Assembly (NCBI RefSeq): GCF_900232105.1
Contig: NZ_LT934425.1
Span: forward strand, 3,450,001 to 3,482,000
DNA length: 32,000 bases
From: Candidatus Kuenenia stuttgartensis
GTDB taxonomy: Bacteria; Planctomycetota; Brocadiia; Brocadiales; Brocadiaceae
Reading direction: 5' to 3'
Part shown: piece by piece, positions 1 through 9,313 of the stretch
Numbering within the stretch: position 1 is the stretch's first letter
Layout: the number at the start of each line of letters is the position of its first letter
The notes under the pieces: model-generated
Told to the model about the DNA's origin: nothing
The model's input: only the letters and a program-made list of their open reading frames with translations
The model's database searches: none
Translations under genes and position numbers: made by a program

Positions 1-332
1 CATTTTTCTTTGTCATACGTAACTGCACAAGTATTTACCGTTTTCATTTGAGTGTAACCTTTTTGTTAATTGTAATAGTTCACTTTGAATGTAAATTTAC
101 GAATATGTATTCGGCATAATACAGGTCGCTCCTACGGAGCTTTCTTTCTATTTTTGCACTAATCTCTACAAACAGATCGCTCCTATGGAGCTAATAGATA
201 ATATGTTTTTCAAAAACTAAATTGATACTTGGATTTTAACTTTAAATATTTTGCCAGAAAATGCAAAGAAATTACTTATAAGATATTAAATCTTACTTTA
301 TTAACCAGGGAAACTTAGCATGACGTCATCGA

Positions 333-1493
333 TTATATATGTATTAAAATCTTTCCATCTGTCCTTTCGGAAGAAGCCTTGATTGCCTCCATTATTCCTG
401 CAAAAGGGTATCTTGCAGTGATCATTTTGTCCAGCTTAAGCCGCCCGGTTGCGATAAGTTTAATAATGGAAGGAAAGATTGCGTATCCTGAATGCCCTCT
501 TGCCCCAACAATTTTATTTGCGCCGGATACAAGATGATCCAGATGCATCGATGTTGTTGTCGCCGCGCGTCCAAGGTATATTATTTTACCGTTAATCGCC
601 ATGGATTTTTCCATTTCGGGAATGGTGGCAGGTGCTGCACCGGCTGCTTCTATTTGTATATCAGCGCCCCAGCCTTTTGTTATCTCCATTACCTTTTCTC
701 CGGAAAGACAATCGCGCATTTTATTTGTGTTAAAAGCGTAGTCTGCCCCCATCTCTAATGCAATATTCGCCCTTTCATCTATTATGTCAAAGGCAATAAT
801 CTGGCTTGCGCCTGCAATCTTTGCTAATGCAATAGCGCCTAATCCAATAGGGCCTGTGCCATATACGACTACCGTGGCACCAGGCTGAAATCCGCCCCCA
901 ACAATAAACAGCCCATTGTATGCGCAGCCCACAGGTTCAATAAGGGCGCCAATATCAAATGCCTCGTCTTCTGAATATATTTCCCGAAAATCATTAATTT
1001 CCCAGCAATATCTTTCATTTATTGCAATATATTCCGCAAAAGCGCCGTCTGCGCTTAATCCCATTAATTTGATATATTTGCATTGATTGGGCGAACCACT
1101 CCTGCATGCATGGCACATGCCGCACCACATAATGCTTTCAGCGGCGATCCAATCGCCTTTACTGACGTTTCGCACATTTTTACCTGTCTGTTCCACTATT
1201 CCAGACAACTCATGTCCGATGATGCGGGGGAGTTCCGTCACGCCTGAGAATATGATATATCCGTCTTTATCAGTTTCGTAAAGATGGGTATCTGATCCGC
1301 AGATTCCGCAGCTTTTTATTCGCACAAGAATTTCGTCGTCTTGCAGGTTAGGTACCGAAACGTCTTTTACTTCAAATTGCGTATGCTGCCATACCTGGCT
1401 ACCCACATTTGCCCGTTTTTTGGCCTGTTCTTCATTGCTTAACGGGTAGTTCTTTCTGGGATTCCATTCTCCATCCACAATCAGCGCTTTCAT
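333..1493 (-). CDS. Zn-dependent medium-chain alcohol/polyol/threonine dehydrogenase-like protein
   Basis: 386-aa ORF, ATG start; motifs KSCGICGSDTHLYE, GHELSG, structural Zn Cys cluster (CGMCHACRSGSPNQC), Rossmann GTGPIGLGAIALAKIAGA. Confidence 0.9.
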   Translation of the reverse strand: MKALIVDGEWNPRKNYPLSNEEQAKKRANVGSQVWQHTQFEVKDVSVPNLQDDEILVRIKSCGICGSDTHLYETDKDGYIIFSGVTELPRIIGHELSGIVEQTGKNVRNVSKGDWIAAESIMWCGMCHACRSGSPNQCKYIKLMGLSADGAFAEYIAINERYCWEINDFREIYSEDEAFDIGALIEPVGCAYNGLFIVGGGFQPGATVVVYGTGPIGLGAIALAKIAGASQIIAFDIIDERANIALEMGADYAFNTNKMRDCLSGEKVMEITKGWGADIQIEAAGAAPATIPEMEKSMAINGKIIYLGRAATTTSMHLDHLVSGANKIVGARGHSGYAIFPSIIKLIATGRLKLDKMITARYPFAGIMEAIKASSERTDGKILIHI

Positions 1494-3076
1494 ACATGCT
1501 CCAGGATTAAACTGTTTTTATTTATTTTACCGCTGCCGCTTTTGGGGATATCTTTCCTGATTTCGATTATTCTTGGGAGTTTATAATGAGGCAACCGGTC
1601 TTTACAAAAATTCAGGATTTCGTGTTCTTTTACATTCTCCCCCGGCTGAAGCACGGCAACTGCCTTTGGTATTTCTCCCCTCAATCTGTCTTTTACAGAA
1701 ATAACCGCTATTTCTTTTATAGAAGGATGTTCCAGCAAAACGCGCTCAATTTCCTGCGGATACACCTTTAATCCGGCGACCTTCATCATCCCCGATTTTC
1801 TCTCTATAAAATAAAAATAGCCGTTTTCGTCCTTCATTCCAAGGTCGCCGCTGTGGTACCATCCGTCTTGAGAACAGGTATTGCCGGCATTGCCATAATA
1901 ATTTTGCACAACTGCCGGTCCTTTGAAGATCATCTCTCCGATTTCTCCATGAGTAAGTTCATTATTATTTTCGTCAACAATTTTTATCTCATATGTTGGA
2001 CATGGTTTCCCGATTGAGCGTTTTGGGATATCGTCGCCAGGGCGATTGGCAATAGCGATTCCGGTAGTTTCGGTACTGCCCCATACGGGAATAATCGGGA
2101 CGCCTGTTTTTTGTTTAAATTTTTCTATAAGGTTTGTACGGGTGTACATGCCCCCGCTTTCCGGAATTCTGAGAGAACTAACATCAAACATTCCATGTTC
2201 GAGAACATCCAGTAAGTTTTCATACAAAGGGGCAAGGCCCATCATACAGGTTACTTTACAGGATGAAATTGCATTCGCTATTGATTTGGGATAAATCTTT
2301 TCAACAAGCGTAATCGTTCCACCAAGGAAAAGCGAACGGGCAAATATTTCATGGGGATGGGCAAAGGGGGCAAACATGCAAAGATGTATATCATCACTCT
2401 TCAATCCCAGTATGTCGATTGCGGCAATGGTATTCCAATATATGTTGGAATGTGTAGTTTCCGCCCCTTTTGAATTTCCCGTAGAGCCTGATGTATAATT
2501 TAAATAAACAACCTCATGCGTCTGAATGTCAAGATTAGGGTTATCTGTTTTCCCGCCGTTTATAATATCATTCCATGGTATGCCGCATCCCGTATATTCC
2601 CCCACAAGAATAATGGGTATATCGGTATTTTGAGGCAAGGCCCGAATTGCTTGTTCAATATGCGTGCTGTGGACTATCAAACACGCAGGCATAATATTTT
2701 TGAAAATGGCGCGTATGCCTTCTTCTGTCAGCTCGTAATTAATTGGCGCAACTATGGCCCCGGCTTTGGCGATTCCCATGAAGCTTATCACAAGTTCAGG
2801 AATTCTTGGGAGCATTAAACCTATCCGGTCGCCTCTTTTCACTCCTATGTTCAACAATTCATTTGCCAGGCTGTTTGCCAACGTGTTGTATCCATGGTAA
2901 TTGATCTTTTTGTGATGATAGATGATGGCCGTTTTATTCGGAATCTCAGCGGCATAGCGTTCTAATATTTCCGGTAAAGTGCAACATACTTCTTTTATGT
3001 ATTGCAATCCTTTCTGTCTTTTACGGAGCGGAAACCTGCTTTTTCTTTTCTTTGTTGTTAAGATGTTTTTAATCAT
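1490..3076 (-). CDS. AMP-dependent synthetase / acyl-CoA ligase (ANL superfamily)
   Basis: 528-aa ORF; P-loop YLNYTSGSTGNSKG, VWGSTETTG, YHSGDLGMKDENGYFYFIERKSGMMKVAGLKVYPQEIE, C-terminal PKSGSGKI. Overlaps the dehydrogenase by 4 nt, so probably co-transcribed. Confidence 0.9.
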   Translation of the reverse strand: MIKNILTTKKRKSRFPLRKRQKGLQYIKEVCCTLPEILERYAAEIPNKTAIIYHHKKINYHGYNTLANSLANELLNIGVKRGDRIGLMLPRIPELVISFMGIAKAGAIVAPINYELTEEGIRAIFKNIMPACLIVHSTHIEQAIRALPQNTDIPIILVGEYTGCGIPWNDIINGGKTDNPNLDIQTHEVVYLNYTSGSTGNSKGAETTHSNIYWNTIAAIDILGLKSDDIHLCMFAPFAHPHEIFARSLFLGGTITLVEKIYPKSIANAISSCKVTCMMGLAPLYENLLDVLEHGMFDVSSLRIPESGGMYTRTNLIEKFKQKTGVPIIPVWGSTETTGIAIANRPGDDIPKRSIGKPCPTYEIKIVDENNNELTHGEIGEMIFKGPAVVQNYYGNAGNTCSQDGWYHSGDLGMKDENGYFYFIERKSGMMKVAGLKVYPQEIERVLLEHPSIKEIAVISVKDRLRGEIPKAVAVLQPGENVKEHEILNFCKDRLPHYKLPRIIEIRKDIPKSGSGKINKNSLILEHV

Positions 3077-3225
3077 TTCTCATCACCAATAGATTTTGAC
3101 TTGTATAGTACTGACTAAAACATATTCGGACGTTTTCAAATAGTTTCCAGCAGAAGCTGATTTATTGGGTATATTATAATTTTATTTTTACTAAAGGATA
3201 TGACGTCTGTCACATTTAAAAGAAA

Positions 3226-3912
3226 TTATATCAATAAATTATTGGCATGTTCTCTTAAAATGACTTTTCTACCTTTGTAAGAGACAAGTGTATTGTTATC
3301 CTTAAGCACTTTAATAATTCTCGTGATTGTTTCCCGTGATGCCCCGACCATGCTGGCAATTTCTTTGTGAGTTGGTGCATGTGATATTTCAATGCCGGCA
3401 TTTGTTTTTTCACCCTGCTCAAGTTTTAACTGTTGGAGTAATTGTATTGTTCTGCCGCAAACGTCCAAAAAAGCCAAACTTTCAATCTTCTTATTTGCAT
3501 GTCTGAGCCTTGAGCATATTTCGGTAAATATTTTTGTCAATAAGCCTGGATAATTTGAAATAAGTTTGTGGAATTGATTTCTTGTAAACAAAAACAATGT
3601 GGTGTTTTCTACACAGACTGCGCTTACAGACCGTGTTTCATCGTCCATGAGCGACATTTCACCAAAAAAATCGCCTTCCTTTAAGAGCGAAAGCACGATC
3701 TCCTTGCCGTCTTCATTTAAAAGGGTAATTTTTACTTTTCCTGTGATTACAATATAAAATGTATCTCCATGATCGTGTTGATAAAAAATTACGTGGTCTT
3801 TTGGAAAACTCTTAGTAATGCCTGCTCTAAAAAGTGTTTTTAATTGCTCATTGGCGAGGCTATTAAATAACGGCACATTTTTTAAGTGTAAGTATATATT
3901 CGTTTCATACAT
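3226..3912 (-). CDS. Crp/Fnr family transcriptional regulator
   Basis: 228 aa; N-terminal cNMP-binding fold (GDTFYIVITGKVKITLL...LKEGDFFGEMSLMDDETRSVSA) and C-terminal HTH (THKEIASMVGASRETITRIIKVLK). Confidence 0.9.
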   Translation of the reverse strand: MYETNIYLHLKNVPLFNSLANEQLKTLFRAGITKSFPKDHVIFYQHDHGDTFYIVITGKVKITLLNEDGKEIVLSLLKEGDFFGEMSLMDDETRSVSAVCVENTTLFLFTRNQFHKLISNYPGLLTKIFTEICSRLRHANKKIESLAFLDVCGRTIQLLQQLKLEQGEKTNAGIEISHAPTHKEIASMVGASRETITRIIKVLKDNNTLVSYKGRKVILREHANNLLI

Positions 3913-3988
3913 AAATAATCAGGTAGTTAAGTGTAAAATTATCATGTCCTGCAGGTGTTTAATTATTTGGTATCGATTTAGCCATTCA

Positions 3989-4430
3989 GTAACACTTTAG
4001 TCTTTTGAAAAACCATTCCATTACGTTAGTTTGACCCATCCTACATACGGTTAAAATTTTTTAAAGAATACACGGGTATCTTCTCATATTTTTCGGGTTC
4101 TATATGATGGTCAATTATATAGTCAATTTTTTTTGTAACTTCAGGTTCAAGGTACTCGCTGCTACACTGGGAACATACCCCACGCGTGAGTATCTTCAAA
4201 AACGCAAAAATTCATCTCGTGACATTCACTATGCACAATCTTCTTATTTAAAAATTCAACATCACATTCCGGACATTGCATAAAAATTCAACTTTTTCTT
4301 CTACGGAAACTTCTTATCTCCTCTATAAAAAGAGGGGCCTGGGGTGTGTTATAAGACAGCAAATCTTTTGCCACGCACACTGTGCTATATATGTATGGCA
4401 AATTCTTTTTCAAAAAACCAGATTATTACC
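3989..4430. repeat. Possible degenerate copy of the GTAACACTTTAG..TTTTGAAAAA inverted-end element enclosing the YgiT-like remnant
   Basis: Left end GTAACACTTTAGTCTTTTGAAAAACC (3989-4014); weak right end TTTTTCAAAAAACCAGATTATTACC (4406-4430). Confidence 0.4.
4041..4281 (-). pseudogene. Frame-disrupted YgiT/MqsA-type zinc-finger (antitoxin-like) gene
   Basis: Frame A reads MQCPECDVEFLNKKIVHSECHEMNFCVFEDTHA..., then stops. Frame B from about 4170 reads GVCSQCSSEYLEPEVTKKIDYIIDHHIEPEKYEKIPVYSLKNFNRM*. Removing 1 nt near 4165-4172 joins them into CPxC...CxxC...EYLEPEV, as in YgiT-type proteins. Confidence 0.65.
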
Positions 4431-4450
4431 TATTTTAAAAGGTATAAACT

Positions 4451-6577
4451 TCAATCCTTTTCTGTCATAATTATTTGTGAGAGGTCGGCTATTTTCTCCG
4501 AGTATAATTGATTAATTTCCCTTAACAGCAATAATCGATTATTGCGAATCTCCATGTCTTCAACATTTACAAAAACCTTTTCGAAAAACGCATGCACCGG
4601 TTCAGCAAAAACTTCGTTATACGTAAACGAGGCTTCAACATATTTCTTATCCTGAATCATGGTTCTGATTTTTGCTTCATTAGCGGTGTAAATTTCCCAC
4701 AATTGCAGTTCTTCTTTTTCGTTTAATAAGTTTGTACTAACCATCCCCTCGCCTTTTACCTTTTTGCTTATGTTGAATGTCCTTTCCACCACAGATACCA
4801 GGTCTGGCCAGTATTTTTCTTTTGAAAGCATGGAAACGTCCTTTAATCTCTGTAAAAAATCATACATATCGTCAAACCCTGCGCCCGCATTCAAAACAGC
4901 GTTTACGAGATCATGACTACAGCCCTTTTCAATATTTGTATGGAATAATCGCTCTCTGAAGAAGTTCTTTATTTCCGGTATTAATTTGTCAGAAGTAAAT
5001 AAAGAGCTTTGTGTCTGGGACATGAGTATGGATAATGACTGGCCAAGAACTTCTTCAAGCATCAAGGTGAATCCATGCTCCTCTATGATACGAATTATTC
5101 CGTAGGCATGGCGCCTCAGAGAATAAGGATCCTGCGACCCCGTTGGATGCAATCCAAGGGCAAAACAACCGGATATCGTATCAAACTTATCGGCAAGTCC
5201 AACGATAGCGCCGATTATTGAAGACGGGATTTTATCCGCTGCAAAGCGGGGCAGATAATGCTCTTCTATCGCCAGTGCAACAGCGGGTTCTTCTCCGTCC
5301 CATGCGGCATATTCCCTGCCCATAATTCCCTGTAATGATGGGAATTCGCCAACCATCTGGGTGAGGAGGTCTGTCTTGCATAGTAGTGCTGCGCGTTTTG
5401 CAGCATCAATATCAGCAATACTAAAATCGGGATGATTAAATCTGATTAATTGTTTTGACAGGTAATCGGTCAGGGCAACAATCCTGCCGGTTCTCTCGTA
5501 GTAATTGCCGAGTTTTTCAAGGAAGACAAGCTGTTTTAAGTCTTCTACACGTTTTTCAAGGGGAATTTTTCTGTCTTCTTTCCAGAAAAATCTTGCGTCA
5601 TAAAGCCTCGCTTTCAGAACACGTTCATTGCCCTGTATGGGGTAGTTTTCGTTAGGTTCGTCGCGGTTCAGCGCCACGATGAATTTATTTATCAGCTTTC
5701 CGTCTGCTTTTTTAACAGGAAAGTATCTCTGGTGTTCTTTCATTGCCGTCTCTATCACTATATCGGGAATATCAAGAAATTTATCGTCGAAACTGCATGT
5801 TACGGCATTGGGATATTCTACCAGATTGGCAACCTCATCCAGCAATGATTCATCATCAAATGTTGCCCCGTGCTGTTTCATTAGTTTCGTTATTTTTTCT
5901 TTCAGTATATTGCGCCTTTCCGGTATATCTACAATAACTTTCTCCTGTTTAAGCAACTGCTTATACTGCTCCCAGTCTGCAACCTGGATTTCAATCTTTT
6001 TCCCTGACAGAAAAGGGTGACCTGAAAAAACATTTCCCGCCTTTATGCCATTTATCTCAAGCGGAACAACCTTATTGCCGAATAATGCAAGGAGGGAGCG
6101 TATCGGCCTGGCGAAAAAAAGGTTGTTGGTTTTCCATTTCATTGATTTCGGGAAGGATGTTTTTTGAATAATTTCTTCCAGAATGCCAGGCAATAGATGC
6201 AGCGTCTTTTCCCCCGTAATCTGTTTTATTGCAATACAATATTCTCCCTTTGCGGTTTTTTTTGTTTGGAGGGTGTTGCTCTCTATGCCTTGTGATTTTG
6301 CGAACCCTAAGCCCGCCTTTGTAAGATTTCCCGCCTTATCAAAGGCAATTGCAACAGAAGGGCCTTGTATTTCTTCTGTGACGCTTTCCTGTTCTTCCGG
6401 CAGGCCTTTGATAAAAACTACCAGCCTCCTTGGTGTTCCCGTACAGTAAATGCTTTGAAATGTCAGACGGAAATATTTGAAACGTTCACCGAATAATGTT
6501 TTTATCTGATTGAGTGCGGGCGTTATATAACCGGCAGGAATTTCTTCAGTACCTATTTCAAAAAGCAGATCAGTCAT
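4451..6577 (-). CDS. glyS: Glycine--tRNA ligase beta subunit
   Basis: 708 aa starting MTDLLFEIGTEEIPAGY; internal RPIRSLLALFG, DDESLLDEVANLVEYPNAV, AMKEHQRYFPV; full length for GlyS. Confidence 0.97.
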   Translation of the reverse strand: MTDLLFEIGTEEIPAGYITPALNQIKTLFGERFKYFRLTFQSIYCTGTPRRLVVFIKGLPEEQESVTEEIQGPSVAIAFDKAGNLTKAGLGFAKSQGIESNTLQTKKTAKGEYCIAIKQITGEKTLHLLPGILEEIIQKTSFPKSMKWKTNNLFFARPIRSLLALFGNKVVPLEINGIKAGNVFSGHPFLSGKKIEIQVADWEQYKQLLKQEKVIVDIPERRNILKEKITKLMKQHGATFDDESLLDEVANLVEYPNAVTCSFDDKFLDIPDIVIETAMKEHQRYFPVKKADGKLINKFIVALNRDEPNENYPIQGNERVLKARLYDARFFWKEDRKIPLEKRVEDLKQLVFLEKLGNYYERTGRIVALTDYLSKQLIRFNHPDFSIADIDAAKRAALLCKTDLLTQMVGEFPSLQGIMGREYAAWDGEEPAVALAIEEHYLPRFAADKIPSSIIGAIVGLADKFDTISGCFALGLHPTGSQDPYSLRRHAYGIIRIIEEHGFTLMLEEVLGQSLSILMSQTQSSLFTSDKLIPEIKNFFRERLFHTNIEKGCSHDLVNAVLNAGAGFDDMYDFLQRLKDVSMLSKEKYWPDLVSVVERTFNISKKVKGEGMVSTNLLNEKEELQLWEIYTANEAKIRTMIQDKKYVEASFTYNEVFAEPVHAFFEKVFVNVEDMEIRNNRLLLLREINQLYSEKIADLSQIIMTEKD

Positions 6578-6579
6578 TG

Positions 6580-7878
6580 TTAGAGTCGGAATATATGTTT
6601 TCTGTTAACCCCTTTTAAAGCATTGCGGGTATCCACTATTAACTTTGAATGGGAGACGATTAAGTCGTAATCAAAACAGCAGTGATCCGTTACGATAACA
6701 CTGCAATCAATTTTTGAAAAAAATTCTTTTGTGTGCGTCTTTGATTTTGTGCAAAGACCGTGATAGTTGATTTCCGGGATATACGGGTCAGAATATGTCA
6801 ATTTCGCCCCCTTGTTTTTTAATTGATGCATTATTTCCAATGCGGGGGACTCCCGGATATCGCCGACGTCTTTTTTATAAGCAACCCCGAGGATATGTAT
6901 TGCAGAACCTTTTACACTTTTTTCAAAATTGTTTAGCGCATCGGTAATTTTTTCCACAACAAATTCAGGCATTGCACTGTTAATTTGGTCGGCAAGCGCA
7001 ACAAAACGCAATTCGAAGCCATTTTTTTTCGCAACCCAGGACAGATATAACGGATCTATCGGTATGCAATGCCCACCCAGACCAGGTCCGGGATAAAACG
7101 ACATGAATCCAAATGGTTTTGTCCTGGCAGCGTCAATCACTTCCCAGACGTCTATCCCAATCCTTTCTGCCATGACGGCAATTTCATTTACAAGCGCTAT
7201 GTTTACGCTGCGAAAGGTATTTTCCAGTAATTTCACCATTTCTGCAACCTTTGTGGATGTAACGGGGACAATTTTTTCAACGATCTGTCCATACAAACTC
7301 ATGGCTAGCTCTGTGCATTGTTTTGTAACGCCGCCCACAACTTTGGGAACATTCCTGATACTGTAAACTTTGTTCCCCGGATCAACCCGTTCCGGTGAAA
7401 AGGCAAGATAGAAATCCTTTCCGACCCGGAGTGTATCACCCTCTAATATCGGCAAGACCAACTCCTCGGTTGTACCGGGATAGGTGGTGCTTTCCAATAC
7501 CAAAAGCTGACCCTTGCGCATGTGCTTTTTTATCTCCTGGCTGACATTAATAATGTAAGACATGTCGGGGTCTTTCGTTTTTGTTAAAGGAGTTGGCACG
7601 CATATACTTATGGCGTCAAGTGTAGATATGGCAGAGGCGTCATCAGTTACAAGAAAAAGTCTTTTTTCTACAAATTGCGCAATATCTTCGTCTTTGACAT
7701 CCCCAATATATGATTTTCCCCTGTTCAGAGAGGCGACATGGTCTTTGTTTCTATCAATGCCTGTCACACAGTATCCGCTGCGCACAAACTCAAGCGCAAG
7801 GGGAAGGCCGACATAACCAAGACCAATTATGCCTATTTTTGCCTTTTTTGTTTTAATTTTTTCCAGCAATTTTTCCAT
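6580..7878 (-). CDS. Nucleotide sugar (UDP-N-acetylglucosamine/mannosamine-type) dehydrogenase
   Basis: IGIIGLGYVGLPLALEF, STTYPGTTEELVLP, FYLAFSPERVDPG, GPGLGGHCIPIDPLYLSW. ATG at 7878 (MEKLLEKIK...) preferred over the upstream start in the ORF track. Confidence 0.93.
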   Translation of the reverse strand: MEKLLEKIKTKKAKIGIIGLGYVGLPLALEFVRSGYCVTGIDRNKDHVASLNRGKSYIGDVKDEDIAQFVEKRLFLVTDDASAISTLDAISICVPTPLTKTKDPDMSYIINVSQEIKKHMRKGQLLVLESTTYPGTTEELVLPILEGDTLRVGKDFYLAFSPERVDPGNKVYSIRNVPKVVGGVTKQCTELAMSLYGQIVEKIVPVTSTKVAEMVKLLENTFRSVNIALVNEIAVMAERIGIDVWEVIDAARTKPFGFMSFYPGPGLGGHCIPIDPLYLSWVAKKNGFELRFVALADQINSAMPEFVVEKITDALNNFEKSVKGSAIHILGVAYKKDVGDIRESPALEIMHQLKNKGAKLTYSDPYIPEINYHGLCTKSKTHTKEFFSKIDCSVIVTDHCCFDYDLIVSHSKLIVDTRNALKGVNRKHIFRL

Positions 7879-7902
7879 GATTAAAAATTGGTAATAATTT
7901 AG

Positions 7903-7980
7903 GGACGCATTGCATACGTCTGGAAACTGCTGTGAGTAAAGAAAATGTTGACACAACAAAGAGACGCATGCAATGCGTCT
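7903..7980. repeat. 78-bp palindromic-arm repeat, copy 1
   Basis: Arms GGACGCATTGCATACGTCT (7903-7921) and AGACGCATGCAATGCGTCT (7962-7980) around core GGAAACTGCTGTGAGTAAAGAAAATGTTGACACAACAAAG. Near-identical copy at 23763-23840. Confidence 0.9.
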
Positions 7981-8215
7981 CTACTAAAATATTGAAATTC
8001 CTATACATAAATTTAGATTTTTGAAAAATCGAGGGGACATCAAAAAATATTACTATATTGTAGTTTGTAAGGGACAAGATAATAGTTAGTTAAGTAAAAA
8101 ATTGCAACAAAAAAAAATGATTACAAGAAAATTTATACCATACTGTAATGAGAGTGGTTTTTTCCTCCGTATAACATGTGATAGATTCCAATTTCAAGCC
8201 GGCATAAGACAGAAG

Positions 8216-8473
8216 TTATGTGACAAAGTCAATGTTGGAAACAGGCGCTTCATTATATCCCGGATTGTTTTCAGTGCTTTGCGGTTTTGAATGCACCGTA
8301 TGTGGTTGTTCCGGTTCGCCTTCGGTGCTTACCCCGGACTTGTTTGAGTTGTTTGTTGATTGTATTTTGGTTCTCTTAAGGATAGATTCTTTTTTGGGAT
8401 CATACTTTGGGGCGAGAACTGCGATATGTGCTGCAATGGCGGTATAATTTGTGCTTCCCGTCGCATTTAACAT
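8216..8473 (-). CDS. Small hypothetical protein
   Basis: 85-aa ORF with ATG start, Ser/Thr/Asn/Pro-rich low-complexity C-terminus; no family recognised. Confidence 0.4.
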   Translation of the reverse strand: MLNATGSTNYTAIAAHIAVLAPKYDPKKESILKRTKIQSTNNSNKSGVSTEGEPEQPHTVHSKPQSTENNPGYNEAPVSNIDFVT

Positions 8474-8642
8474 GATAATTTCTTTTTAAAATTGTCTGTC
8501 TTACTGTTTTGCGGAATAAATTTGACATTCAATGCTACCGGATTTATCGGCAGAATAGAGGTGGGTATTAGTGAATTTATGTTGCAGCATTTTACCGTTA
8601 TGTATTTTTATGAGTTGTTTCGTTCCCTCCGTTTTTTGAAAA

Positions 8643-9215
8643 TTATAATTGCTCATATATCCCGGTCTTTCTCACCATAAAAAAATGCATACCCATAAAG
8701 AGCATCATTGCAAGCGGAATACCGGCAATGTGTAATGTGTAAAAACAAGTAAGTTGGAATTTCGATAATTCCGCGGCAGTATTTGCCTTTAAAAAACTGC
8801 CGGTGTAATACATGAGCAGTGTTAAAATAAGGAGGTTTGCCCCAGATACCCAGTGTAATTCCCTTGGATGCCGGTAAATTCCTTTAAAATAAATCCTGAG
8901 CATATGGCTGAAAACCATTCCAATCATAATATGCGGTCCAACGGAATGTATGCGCTGAATCAACCATCCATACGGAACACTATGGCTCACACGCTGAAAA
9001 CTTGCTGCCGCTTCATTCGGGCTGGGAATAAAATAGAACATAAGAAATATGCCTGTTCCCAACTGGATTAAAAAAGCAAGCAGCGATAATCCACCCATGC
9101 ACCCTAACCAACTTAATCCTTTAGGGATCAGTTTCCTGGTTATGTTTGTTTCGATGATTTCCTTTAAAATACCCGTGTTTTGGGATTCATTTCCCGATAC
9201 GCCTGGTTTAGACAT
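8643..9215 (-). CDS. Cytochrome b6-like N-terminal domain protein with shortened helix C-D region
   Basis: From ATG 9215 (MSKPGVSG...). Contains PYGWLIQRIHSVGPHIMIGMVFSHMLRIYFKGIYRHPRELHWVSG and FYTLHIAGIPLAMMLFMGMHFFMVRKTGI, resembling cytochrome b6 helices B and D with the His pairs kept. Confidence 0.85.
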   Translation of the reverse strand: MSKPGVSGNESQNTGILKEIIETNITRKLIPKGLSWLGCMGGLSLLAFLIQLGTGIFLMFYFIPSPNEAAASFQRVSHSVPYGWLIQRIHSVGPHIMIGMVFSHMLRIYFKGIYRHPRELHWVSGANLLILTLLMYYTGSFLKANTAAELSKFQLTCFYTLHIAGIPLAMMLFMGMHFFMVRKTGIYEQL

Positions 9216-9258
9216 GTAATTCCTGCAACCTCCTGACAATATAGCCAAACAAATATGG

Positions 9259-9293
9259 TCTGACTTCCGACTTCTGACTTCTGGCCTCTGACC
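9259..9293. repeat. Heptanucleotide tandem array (5 units)
   Basis: TCTGACT TCCGACT TCTGACT TCTGGCC TCTGACC read directly. Confidence 0.8.
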
Positions 9294-9313
9294 ATAGATT
9301 TGTTTGACTGTAG

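Noticed and set aside
492-758. 88-aa + strand ORF
   Set aside because: Lies antisense to the strongly supported Zn-dehydrogenase; no family motif; Cys-rich only by codon mirroring.
5679-6020. 113-aa + strand ORF
   Set aside because: Antisense inside glyS, low-complexity Ser-rich translation; spurious.
4451-6577. glyS without neighbouring glyQ
   Set aside because: The subunit genes are not necessarily adjacent, and glyQ may be elsewhere; not evidence of novelty on its own.
8102-8290. 62-aa + strand ORF
   Set aside because: No family motif or clear SD, and overlaps the end of the 85-aa minus-strand ORF; insufficient support.
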